Below are positions 28,070-36,942 of a stretch of 64,000 nt of DNA, piece after piece (position 1 is the stretch's first letter; every line of letters begins with the position of its first letter). The DNA is from Alphaproteobacteria bacterium (GTDB lineage: Bacteria; Pseudomonadota; Alphaproteobacteria; SHVP01). The notes below the pieces were generated by a model. It did not search any database, was not told the origin of the DNA, and worked only from the letters and a program-made list of their open reading frames with translations. The DNA is taken from positions 13,708 to 77,707 of the forward strand of contig VGES01000007.1 of assembly GCA_016869765.1 (NCBI GenBank). The letters run 5' to 3'. The position numbers were made by a program, and so were the translations under genes.

Positions 28070-29388
28070 CTTTCCGTATGGCCATCGCTGGGTGCCAACA
28101 AACCAGCGGAAACGAGTTTTCGCACAGCGGGGAGGAGACTCGGCAGGGGCCGCGCAATCAAATCGGCGATCGCCAAGAGGTCGATCTCGCCGTCCGAATA
28201 GGCCAGCAGATTGAGCATCACGCGGACTTGTTCGCTTGCCTGTGCACCGCCAAGACTCGGATATAGCCCGTAGCGCCCGAGCTGCGGCTCTCCGACGGTG
28301 GTGGCGCGATAGGTTTGATTTGCCTCGAGGCACTCGATCGCGTGCTTAACGATCCGAAAACCGCCTTCGAGTCCAAGAGGGGTGACCAGATCGAGGTTGT
28401 CGAGTGAGGTGTGGTACTCGGGATAGGTGCCGTACTTCGAGCGCATCAATGAGCAGACCGGAAGGTCGACGGTCGGGAAGCCGTATTGTCGCTCATCGCT
28501 GGCTCGATCGAGGTAGTCATAGGTGTTAAAGCTACCGACCAAATGTTTCAGGGAGTGGCGGGCGGCGCGGTCAGCGAGCGTATTGCCTCGTCGCGAAGCC
28601 AAATACGAATATGCCCGCTCATCGCCAATACAGGTGAGGACGAAGCCTGCTGCGACCTGTCTCTTCAGTTCGTCAAGGCTCCGGCTCAAGAACGCGAGTG
28701 TGCCTATCGTCTCCGGCACAAAAACGAGCCGGTATCCGAAACCCCGGCGCTGAAGCGACATCAACCATTTCGCGATAAACGTCGCGACAATGGGCCCCGA
28801 AAGCTCGTTGTTTGCCATCGACGGGTGGCAAACGTAGGTCGACAAAAGAATCTCTTTGTCTCGAGTGCCTGGGAGCCTGAATTCGCCGTAGGTCAGGCTG
28901 CCGCTTGTAAGCGAGGCGTCTATACAGACCTCGTAGTCGCCGGGCAGGAGGGCATCGCGCTGCCGTTGGGAAAGGCAAAACCCCCAATTCCGCGAATAGT
29001 ACGAGGTGACGTATGGAATTGCGTCTGGCAACTCGGGCTTGGAGTGCAAGTGTCGCTGAAGTTCGTCGAGGGAGAGGCGGCGGCGAACGGGAACCGAGTA
29101 GCTAACGACATGGAGGTTGTTGGTTGCGGTGTCGACAATCTTTCGGCCGTCCGGCCCGGAGATCCAAGCCTCCCTGAGATTCCACTCGTCGGGAATCGTC
29201 CAGTCGAAGACCTTCGTCCCACTCGGGACCTCGGTAATCTCCAGCGTCGGGAGGTGTTCCCTTAGGATAGAGAGTGTTTGCCGCACACCATCTCCCGTGA
29301 TCGAGCGGCAGATTGGAAAGAGGCGCCGCGCGAGCGCGTGCATCTGCGATCCGAGGGCTTCATTTTTCGAACTCGATTGACCGGTCAT
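28066..29388 (-). CDS. Aminopeptidase-like-domain protein (DUF4910-type), glycan-cluster associated
   Basis: N-terminal SITGDGVRQTLSILREHLPTLEITEVPSGTKVFDWTIPDEW resembles DUF4910/aminopeptidase-like proteins common in polysaccharide loci. Confidence 0.4.
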   Translation of the reverse strand: MTGQSSSKNEALGSQMHALARRLFPICRSITGDGVRQTLSILREHLPTLEITEVPSGTKVFDWTIPDEWNLREAWISGPDGRKIVDTATNNLHVVSYSVPVRRRLSLDELQRHLHSKPELPDAIPYVTSYYSRNWGFCLSQRQRDALLPGDYEVCIDASLTSGSLTYGEFRLPGTRDKEILLSTYVCHPSMANNELSGPIVATFIAKWLMSLQRRGFGYRLVFVPETIGTLAFLSRSLDELKRQVAAGFVLTCIGDERAYSYLASRRGNTLADRAARHSLKHLVGSFNTYDYLDRASDERQYGFPTVDLPVCSLMRSKYGTYPEYHTSLDNLDLVTPLGLEGGFRIVKHAIECLEANQTYRATTVGEPQLGRYGLYPSLGGAQASEQVRVMLNLLAYSDGEIDLLAIADLIARPLPSLLPAVRKLVSAGLLAPSDGHTER

Positions 29389-30293
29389 CGCGGATCGTCA
29401 GACAGCCTAAGCAGGTCGGAGTCGTTCCAGGCACGCCAATCATCGCAGAACGAGTCGAGGCAACGGTCCAAGGTCGGAAGGCGCATCCCGAAAGCGTGCT
29501 CGAAGAACTCTACGTTCATCGCCATGCCGCGAGGTCTGTAGGTCTTGAGCTGGGCGTCGCCAACGCTGGCAACCACGCAAGTCTCGGTCGAAAGGCCAAG
29601 GCGCGCGGCAAGTCTCATGGCGAATTCCGCCTTACTCACCCCCGGGCCGTGATAGCCCACGTTGAACGTCCCCCGCTGCCACCGCTCGACGACTCTTGCC
29701 AGAATCCCCGGCAAGAAGCCCGCATAGATCGGGTTGAAGAAGACATCACCGAAAAGGCGCAGAGGCTGTTTCGACCGAAACGATCGAGTGAGCCATCCCG
29801 CAAACCCCTCCTTCTTTTCCGTACCCAAACAAAAAAAATTGAGTCGTAGGGCAGCGGCGTTGGCTGACAGCGCGATGTCTTCTCCCCAAAGCTTGGTCAA
29901 CGCATACACGTTCGTCGGTCGGACATCGGCCTCTCGATTGGCACCGGCACCGTCATAGACGTGGTCGCTCGACACATAGATGATTTTGGCGTCACCGGCG
30001 GCCGATACGAGGTTTCGTGTAGCGTCGACGTTTAGTCGGTAGGCGCGAGTAGGATCTGCCTCGCAAGCATCGACATCGGCCAATGCGGCCAAATGAAGGA
30101 TGACATCGGGCCGACAGCGCTTCACGAGATCGTTGACCGAACCTTTTTCCGTCAGGTCGACGGCGAGGTACGATTCACCGGAGGCCGGGGCACTGCTGGC
30201 TGCATGCCGGCAGACGAAGTATGTTTCCAAGTCTTCCGCAATAGCCCGGCCCAACAGCCCGCTGGACCCGGTGACTAGGAGTGTTGGTCTCAA
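29385..30293 (-). CDS. RmlD-like NAD(P)H-dependent sugar-nucleotide 4-ketoreductase (dTDP-4-dehydrorhamnose reductase family; WbvR-like)
   Basis: LLVTGSSGLLGRAI Rossmann motif and SSDHVYDG (compare RmlD STDYVFDG). A 4-nt overlap with the next gene. Confidence 0.7.
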   Translation of the reverse strand: MRPTLLVTGSSGLLGRAIAEDLETYFVCRHAASSAPASGESYLAVDLTEKGSVNDLVKRCRPDVILHLAALADVDACEADPTRAYRLNVDATRNLVSAAGDAKIIYVSSDHVYDGAGANREADVRPTNVYALTKLWGEDIALSANAAALRLNFFCLGTEKKEGFAGWLTRSFRSKQPLRLFGDVFFNPIYAGFLPGILARVVERWQRGTFNVGYHGPGVSKAEFAMRLAARLGLSTETCVVASVGDAQLKTYRPRGMAMNVEFFEHAFGMRLPTLDRCLDSFCDDWRAWNDSDLLRLSDDPR

Positions 30294-30306
30294 CTTGATG
30301 GAGCCG

Positions 30307-31287
30307 CTACGAACCGGTGTCGAGGATTGACAGCAGCTGTTGGTTGGTCAGCCATTGATCATTGGTCTCACTAGAGTAGCAGAATTCGGGAGCAACCAGT
30401 TTGGCGCTGGCCGGGGCAACGCGGTCCCGTGACCAAAGCGCAAACGCCGGCTCGATGACGAAGCGATCCCCCATATCGTAGGTGTAACGACTATCGTCCT
30501 CGGTGATCATCACTTCGTGCAACTTCTCGCCGGGACGAATCCCGATGGTCTTGAGAGGTAACGATGGCGCGATCGCCCGGGCAACGTCGATCACCTTCAT
30601 GCTTGGGATTTTGGGGACGAAAATCTCACCACCTTGCATTTCGCGAACACAGCGTACGACAAAGTCAACGCCTTGTTGCAAGGTGAGCCAAAATCGAGTC
30701 ATGCGCGGATCGGTGATAGGGAGGTGATCGGTGCCCCGAGCGATCAACTGACGGAAGAACGGAATGACGCTACCGCGTGAACCTATGACATTTCCGTACC
30801 GTACGACGGAAAACCTGGTTCCAACCCGACCACTCAGATTGTTGGCCGCAATGAATATCTTGTCGGAAGCAAGTTTGCTGGCGCCGTAGAGATTGATCGG
30901 ATTGGCCGCCTTGTCAGTCGATAGGGCAAGCACCCTCTGGACCCGGTTCCTGATCGCGGCTCGTACGACGTTCTCGGCACCGAAGACGTTCGTATGAATA
31001 CACTCGAAAGGGTTGTATTCGGCGGTTGGTACTTGTTTGAGTGCCGCAGCATGAACAACCAGATCGACTTCCCGCATCGCCAGCTCCAGGCGCTCCGCAT
31101 CTCGAACGTCGCCGATGAAATATCGGATCCGGCGGTCGTCGCGAAGCTCCGGATCCTGCTGCATCTCGTACTGCTTGGCTTCATCACGCGAAAACACGGC
31201 AATACGTGCCGGTGCATGCTGTCGGGTCAACGTTCGGACAAACGAACGTCCGAACGAGCCTGTCGCGCCGGTGACAAGGATGGACAT
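30307..31287 (-). CDS. UDP-GlcNAc 4,6-dehydratase, inverting (PseB/FlaA1/CapE/WbvB family)
   Basis: Start reassigned to the internal ATG at 31287 (verified cat at 31285-31287). MSILVTGATGSFGRSFV...IAVFSRDEAKQ is the hallmark of this family. 327 aa fits. Confidence 0.8.
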   Translation of the reverse strand: MSILVTGATGSFGRSFVRTLTRQHAPARIAVFSRDEAKQYEMQQDPELRDDRRIRYFIGDVRDAERLELAMREVDLVVHAAALKQVPTAEYNPFECIHTNVFGAENVVRAAIRNRVQRVLALSTDKAANPINLYGASKLASDKIFIAANNLSGRVGTRFSVVRYGNVIGSRGSVIPFFRQLIARGTDHLPITDPRMTRFWLTLQQGVDFVVRCVREMQGGEIFVPKIPSMKVIDVARAIAPSLPLKTIGIRPGEKLHEVMITEDDSRYTYDMGDRFVIEPAFALWSRDRVAPASAKLVAPEFCYSSETNDQWLTNQQLLSILDTGS

Positions 31288-31710
31288 CCCATCAAGCGAC
31301 TGGATCACGATGATCTCTGTCTGTTTTTCTGAAGGCCAATCTGCGGCCAACGCAATCAAGCTCCGCCATTCGGGTGACCTGACGGGCGCCGCGTTTCTCG
31401 TAGACCGATAAGGGACTGGCCCTTCCGCGTCAAGATCGACGGGAATTCGCGGACTTGGGCATCCGGGCTGGTGAGCTGGTGGGGCGCGCCAAACTGCTGG
31501 GCGTGATCGTTCGGGTGGATCGGCGTAACCGAGTGGATGGGGCTCGGTGAACGCCGCGGAAGTCTTGGGCGCGCGACCCAACGGATACACCTCGCGGTCG
31601 GCCCATTGGCCGGCAACGGAAGGTTCTGTTCGAGGGCCTGCGCCAATGCGGAGAATAGGCTATGGTCCGCGCACTCCCGACCCGAACGGAAGAAGGCGAC
31701 TAGGCTCGGC

Positions 31711-32379
31711 ATGAGCAAGCAGATTGAAACGTGGCGTGGTGCCTTTGGCAGTGCCTATATCGCGCGGAACGAGGTCGCACCCGAGGTCGTTCAGGCGAAG
31801 ACGTTCGCTTGGGCACAAGCGTTTCGAGCGCTTGCCGGCGCAATGCCTCGCTCGATCCTCGAAGTAGGGGCGAATATCGGGCTCAATTTGCGGGCCATCA
31901 AACTTCTGTGCCCCGCCAACCTGTTCGCGGTTGAACCGAATGCGATCGCCCGCCAACGCCTTGTCGATGACAATGTGGTCCCGCTGGATCACGTACGAGA
32001 TGGATCGGCCGCAGATCTTCCATTTGACACGAGGTCGATGGACCTGGTCTTTACGTCCACGGTTTTGATTCACGTGCCGCCCGACGAGTTGCCGCGCGCA
32101 TGCCAGGAGATCTATCGCGTCTCACGTCGCTACGTGCTTTGCAACGAGTACTTCTCGGACAAGCCGATATCGATCGAGTATCGCGGGCACAACGATCTCT
32201 TGTTCAAGCAAGATTTTGGAGCCTTCTGGCTGGACAACTTCCCCGACCTCCGGCTGGTCGACTACGGCTTCTTTTGGCGCCGGGCTGCGGCCATGGATAA
32301 CACAACGTGGTGGCTCTTCGAAAAAATGGGCCCAGGCAGCGAGGTCGCCTACCAAACTGAAACACAAGTTCGCCGGTGA
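31711..32379 (+). CDS. SAM-dependent methyltransferase resembling the pseudaminic-acid-biosynthesis-associated methylase family
   Basis: ATG at 31711 verified. ILEVGANIGLNLRAIKLL motif I-like region. Divergent from the PseB-like gene. Confidence 0.6.
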   Translation: MSKQIETWRGAFGSAYIARNEVAPEVVQAKTFAWAQAFRALAGAMPRSILEVGANIGLNLRAIKLLCPANLFAVEPNAIARQRLVDDNVVPLDHVRDGSAADLPFDTRSMDLVFTSTVLIHVPPDELPRACQEIYRVSRRYVLCNEYFSDKPISIEYRGHNDLLFKQDFGAFWLDNFPDLRLVDYGFFWRRAAAMDNTTWWLFEKMGPGSEVAYQTETQVRR

Positions 32380-33479
32380 CGCCCTCGCCCGAGGGCCACG
32401 ATCTGACGATGGTCATCTCCGACCTGAGTGCGGGCGGGGCTCAGCGGGTCTTCAGTCTGCTCGTCGGCGGTCTAACAGCAGAAGGCTGGCGCGTTTGCGT
32501 CGTCACGCTGAGCGAGCCGCAGTCGGACTTTTTCACGCTGCCATCGTCGGTCACGAGGTTCTCGATCGGCGGTCTTGCCCCTTCCAGTGGCCCAATTGCG
32601 GCAGCAGTCGCCAACATTGCGCGACTGCGGTCGCTGAGAGCGGCTCTAAGGTCGGCGGGGAGCCGCCGCGTGCTGTCTTTCCTCACGGCCATGAACGTGC
32701 TCACGCTCATTGCGTCTGTGGGGATGGGAAATAGAGTTGTCGTTTCGGAGCGCAATGATCCAGCCCGTCAACCGATCGGGAGGATGTGGCGGGTACTCAG
32801 GCGAGTTTCCTATCCATTCGCGGCGATCGTAACAGCCAATAGCAGAACGGCCATCGACAGGATGAGGCCATATGTCGCCAATCACCGGCTGAGATTCGTC
32901 CGAAATCCTCTCCCAATAGTGGAGGTCCTTGGTGACCGCCGCGCAGATCCCGGCTTCGTGCTGGCGATTGGTCGCCTCGTGAGACAAAAAGGCTTCGATG
33001 TCCTGTTGCGTGCCTGGGCCATCCTCCCTGCGGAGTTGCACTCTTGGAAGTTGGCTGTCGTCGGTGAGGGTGAGCTCGCTGGAGAGCTGGAAGCCTTGGC
33101 AGCTCGTCTTGGTATTGAGGGCCGGGTTCGCTGGGTCGGCCGCGTAGCGAACCCTCGGGAATACTACCGGGGGGCGGCATTGTTCGTTCTTCCGTCGCGC
33201 TACGAGGGCACGCCCAACGTCCTCCTTGAAGCGATGGCCCACGGACTACCAGTGATCGTGACTTCGACGTGCGAAGGTGCGTTGGAATTCGTCAAAAATG
33301 ATGTCACGGGCCTGGTCGTCGCGTCGGAGGACGTATTCGCGCTTGCCCAAACGATGGAACGCTGCTTACGCGCATCCGACTTGCGCTTAAGACTCGGCGC
33401 CGCGGCAGCCGAGCGATTGCAGCAAGAGCCTGACCGTACGGGATTGGATACCTGGTTGGAGGTCCTTTCCCTGAACTGA
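32376..33479 (+). CDS. Glycosyltransferase family 1 (GT4-type)
   Basis: RLVRQKGFDVLL and EGTPNVLLEAMAHGLPVIVTS motifs. A 4-nt overlap with the methylase. Confidence 0.8.
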   Translation: MTPSPEGHDLTMVISDLSAGGAQRVFSLLVGGLTAEGWRVCVVTLSEPQSDFFTLPSSVTRFSIGGLAPSSGPIAAAVANIARLRSLRAALRSAGSRRVLSFLTAMNVLTLIASVGMGNRVVVSERNDPARQPIGRMWRVLRRVSYPFAAIVTANSRTAIDRMRPYVANHRLRFVRNPLPIVEVLGDRRADPGFVLAIGRLVRQKGFDVLLRAWAILPAELHSWKLAVVGEGELAGELEALAARLGIEGRVRWVGRVANPREYYRGAALFVLPSRYEGTPNVLLEAMAHGLPVIVTSTCEGALEFVKNDVTGLVVASEDVFALAQTMERCLRASDLRLRLGAAAAERLQQEPDRTGLDTWLEVLSLN

Positions 33480-33509
33480 GTCACCGCGTTGGCGCGGGCA
33501 TTTTTCGCG

Positions 33510-34676
33510 TTAAGAGTTTGGTCGTATCAGGCGGCGCTTGCGACCGCATACCAAGTCTCGGACAGCCCGTACTGCAAAGTAGAAAAGGATGGGTTGAACC
33601 GCGAGCAGATAGCGTTCCTGACTCACGCCAATTAGGAAAGGGATAAGGTACAGACCGAGCAAAACACGGATGTGCTTGTCGCCGGCGATGATGGCGTAAA
33701 CCAAGCCGGGCAACATGATGAATCCGGGCAACGCGCGTAGGGCGACAGCGGAGAAATCGGGGTTTGCCCAACTCGGCCTCAGACCCACGAGGTAAAGCAG
33801 TTTGGCTCCAGCGAACGCGCCCCAAGAAAGGGGAAAATTGACGAAATCGGGCAGGCCGGGGAAAAGCCCGGCTGCATAGCCGCCGGGCAGAATGCCGAAA
33901 TATGCGAGGTCAGTCTGCGAAGCCAAGAAGTCTGAGCCGTAGTCTTGATAAAACAAGAATAGCGCGATGCCCAGGGTCGTCGCGATCATCGCTGCAGCTA
34001 TGTCTTGCCCCGTTCTCAGTCTGGAGCGCTGCAGCCAAAAAAGCAGAACAAAAAGGAGCAGCACGAGTCCGTTTGGACGGATGAGGCTCGCGACGATCGC
34101 GGCGAGCAACCCTCCCCACATCCTTGGAACGCCTTTTGCGGGGCACAGCAAGAAGAAAACCACAGCGAGCGCACATGCAAAGGGCAAATCCGAACTGACG
34201 TTCAGCATGAACCAGAAAGGCGTAGGCAGGAGCGAAAACAAACAGAGCCATATGAACGAGAGTCCTCGATGATGCAGCCACCAAAGCCAACCAGACACGA
34301 GGGCGCAGCTCGCAAGAACATAGAGACTGGAAAGCGGCAGGGTATTGCCCTTGTCGTAGCCGAATACGAACAGCAAGGCGGGAATCACGGGGGCAGAGAC
34401 AAAACCGAGTTGGGCGGATTCCGTGGTTGGAGCACCAGGTGCCTCCGCGATCGCCAATAGTTCTCTGGCTAGTCCAACGTAATAGTCGCGAGAACCTTGG
34501 TAGAACGTGAAATCGATGGCCGAATTCGCGTGCAGTGGCGAGATCGGCTGGCCCAACTCGTTGGGCACGGGCCACAGCATTGTGGCCAGCGCAACGAAAA
34601 TTCGTGCGCCTACGGCAATCGCAATTGCGACGGCCAAGGGTCGACGCGTCAAGAATGCTCGAACGTTCTTTGTCAA
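33510..34676 (-). CDS. Polytopic integral membrane protein, putative GT-C-type glycosyltransferase or glycan polymerase
   Basis: At least 10 hydrophobic segments. Located next to the GT2/DUF2304 pair. Confidence 0.4.
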   Translation of the reverse strand: MTKNVRAFLTRRPLAVAIAIAVGARIFVALATMLWPVPNELGQPISPLHANSAIDFTFYQGSRDYYVGLARELLAIAEAPGAPTTESAQLGFVSAPVIPALLFVFGYDKGNTLPLSSLYVLASCALVSGWLWWLHHRGLSFIWLCLFSLLPTPFWFMLNVSSDLPFACALAVVFFLLCPAKGVPRMWGGLLAAIVASLIRPNGLVLLLFVLLFWLQRSRLRTGQDIAAAMIATTLGIALFLFYQDYGSDFLASQTDLAYFGILPGGYAAGLFPGLPDFVNFPLSWGAFAGAKLLYLVGLRPSWANPDFSAVALRALPGFIMLPGLVYAIIAGDKHIRVLLGLYLIPFLIGVSQERYLLAVQPILFYFAVRAVRDLVCGRKRRLIRPNS

Positions 34677-34681
34677 GCTGC

Positions 34682-35026
34682 TTACTGGGACAAGGACCGC
34701 GATTCGTCGCGATCCTGAGCCGCTAACTCCAGGGCAGCTACTCGCCGTACCAAGGCGAGATCTCTTTGTTCAGCTCGACTCATGTACACCGAAAGCAGAG
34801 TTACCAAACACAGGAGCACAAAAAGCGCCAGTAGAACGATGGCCAGGGGTTCGTACACGATTTCGAGCACACTAGCCGCTAGCAGAATGAACGATTGGCT
34901 CAAGCTCGCCACGCTCAATAGAAGTATCGCCAGCAATAGGAAGAACGAGAGGTCGATATGCAGGAGCCGCCGTCGGACTAAGTATAGCAAACCAGCGGCA
35001 AGGAGAATCGTCACGAAGATTTTCAC
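34682..35026 (-). CDS. Small membrane protein, DUF2304-like (GT2-partner)
   Basis: 114 aa with two or three TM helices (MKIFVTILLAAGLLYLVRRRL...). Immediately downstream of a GT2 with a 2-nt gap, the usual DUF2304 arrangement. Confidence 0.4.
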   Translation of the reverse strand: MKIFVTILLAAGLLYLVRRRLLHIDLSFFLLLAILLLSVASLSQSFILLAASVLEIVYEPLAIVLLALFVLLCLVTLLSVYMSRAEQRDLALVRRVAALELAAQDRDESRSLSQ

Positions 35027-35027
35027 G

Positions 35028-35756
35028 CTAACGCAACCTGTCGATCAGCAAATTTATGGCAAGCGCATTGAAGCGCAGCAGCAACTGAAACGCCCGACCG
35101 ACGGTGATGGTCGAACGGCCGTGCAGCCGCTCACCCTGTTCGATCGGTACGCCGAGAATGCGCAACTTTCGGAGGCTCGCGATGATCATCATTTCCGGCT
35201 CCGGATAGCGCTCCAGGGGCCATTCGGCGAACGTGGCGGCGGCCGATCGGTTCATCGCGTAGAACCCACTGTTGATATCCCCTGGGACCCTGCCGTCGGT
35301 CAGAAGTCGGGCAATCAAGCGGATGTAGGCCCGCACAGCTCTGGCGGCGAGCGAACGGATTCCTGTCGCCGCGCCGGCATTCGTCCGAACACCGATGGCG
35401 AGATCGCACTCGTCTCCTCTGACCGCCTCGGCCAAGCGTGGAATCTCGTGAGTGGGGTGCTGGCCATCGGCATCGATCCGAACAAGAACGTCTGCGCGTC
35501 CCGAAAGGAAATAGTCGATAGCGACATGGTTGCAAAGCCCGATCCCATAGTTGGACGGCAGGCGCACAAGACGCACGCCGACCGGAAGGCCTTCCCGAGT
35601 GACCGGAGGCACGGAACCATCGTCAACGATAAGTACGCGATTGACGCCCGGAAGCGAGGCGATGGAGTCGCAAATCTTGGCCAATTGCTCTCGGTCGTTG
35701 AAAGTCGGAACAAAGACCAGGGTCGAGGGCGAGGCAGGGCTACCTTGCGGCGTCAA
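35028..35756 (-). CDS. Glycosyltransferase family 2 (polyprenyl-phosphate sugar synthase-like)
   Basis: LVFVPTFNDREQLAKICDSI...LIVDDGSVPP and a DADGQH catalytic region. Confidence 0.75.
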   Translation of the reverse strand: MTPQGSPASPSTLVFVPTFNDREQLAKICDSIASLPGVNRVLIVDDGSVPPVTREGLPVGVRLVRLPSNYGIGLCNHVAIDYFLSGRADVLVRIDADGQHPTHEIPRLAEAVRGDECDLAIGVRTNAGAATGIRSLAARAVRAYIRLIARLLTDGRVPGDINSGFYAMNRSAAATFAEWPLERYPEPEMMIIASLRKLRILGVPIEQGERLHGRSTITVGRAFQLLLRFNALAINLLIDRLR

Positions 35757-35959
35757 TTGACGTCACGGTTCACAATGGTTACCTCCTGGGCACCAATAGG
35801 CCCATTTTGGTTGACCCCCAATCTAGCGCTAGCTATTCGTAGCCTCAATTGATTCGCAGACTGCCCGAAGGTCGAGGGCAACTCATAGCCACCCCTTGTT
35901 TTCGTCAGACGGGCGAGGAAGTTCGGGTGCCATCAACGTCCCAAAACGTCCGGCCATCG

Positions 35960-36868
35960 ATGCGGCACATGAATTTCTTCAATAGCCTACCGTTCTTTGA
36001 AGTTAACCGGCGTCCGGGCCTGGAGTATTGCTCCATGCAGTTCGGAGCGGAGGATCGGGCGGTCGGGACGTTGTCGGGGGTCATAGCCGAAGGCACGTTC
36101 ACGTCGGGATTCAGCGCGCCCTACGGGGGCTTCGACTTCGTTCGCGAACGCGAAGATCCAATCGTCGTTTCAGAAATGGTAGTGGCTTTGACGAACCGTC
36201 TCCACGAACGGGGGGTTCGCGAAATCGTAGTCCGAGGCAAGCCTGCTGCCTATTCGCCCAACGAACCAGCGGTGCAGGCGAGCCTGCTCAATGCGGGGTA
36301 TCGCGTCGTCTCGGCGACCCTTAGTTTTCATTTGGACATTTGCCGCTTCTCGACGCCCGAGGATTACGTTGGGCGCCTTCGTTCGGCGGCGCGTCGCCAT
36401 CTTTTGCGTGGAATGTCGAAGGATTATCGGCTCGCGGAGGCACGGACTGACGAAGACCGTCAGCTCGCCTATTCGATCTTGGTTGAGAATCGCGAGGTGC
36501 TCGACCGCGAGCTCACGCTTTCCGAGGACTATGTGTTGGCAATGCAAGCGCGCTTCCCAGATCGTGTTCGCTCGTTTCTTTTGCTGCAAGATGGCACGCC
36601 CTCGGCTGCCGCCTTGACGTACCGTGTCGCTCCTCAACGAGAGCTCGTGGTGTATTGGGGGGATCGACCTGAGCGGCGCGCCGCCTCCCCGATGAATCTG
36701 CTGGCCTATTGTCTCTTTGTTCGTGCCCATCGCACCGGTATTCGTCACCTCGATTTGGGGACGGTACCGCTTCACATCGGCGCTGACGCCAGCGGCTTGG
36801 CTCGTTTCAAAAGGTCCGTTCTGGGGGAGCCCAGTTTGGTCAACGTCGTGAGCTGGCAGCGGCTGTGA
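35960..36868 (+). CDS. FemAB-like / GNAT-fold transferase, putative; start uncertain
   Basis: Coding-like 300-aa ORF. Internal ATG at 35960. The paralog-like architecture to 25421-26389 is weak. Confidence 0.35.
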   Translation: MRHMNFFNSLPFFEVNRRPGLEYCSMQFGAEDRAVGTLSGVIAEGTFTSGFSAPYGGFDFVREREDPIVVSEMVVALTNRLHERGVREIVVRGKPAAYSPNEPAVQASLLNAGYRVVSATLSFHLDICRFSTPEDYVGRLRSAARRHLLRGMSKDYRLAEARTDEDRQLAYSILVENREVLDRELTLSEDYVLAMQARFPDRVRSFLLLQDGTPSAAALTYRVAPQRELVVYWGDRPERRAASPMNLLAYCLFVRAHRTGIRHLDLGTVPLHIGADASGLARFKRSVLGEPSLVNVVSWQRL

Positions 36869-36942
36869 CCGCTGGTGCTGGCCCCTGTCGAACAAGGCAG
36901 GGGCTGTGTTCGAATGACAAGCGAGAATAATTCGGAGGTCCT

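Noticed and set aside
19931-29388. Idea that the radical SAM/FemAB/sulfotransferase/methyltransferase stretch is a RiPP or other natural-product BGC rather than glycan tailoring
   Set aside because: No precursor peptide, NRPS/PKS, or transporter/protease typical of RiPP clusters is present. The genes are translationally coupled to NeuB, CMP-transferase and PseB-like genes, so glycan modification is the more parsimonious reading.
34782-35852. 356-aa plus-strand ORF
   Set aside because: Antisense to the DUF2304/GT2 genes that have clear motifs. No recognisable domain.
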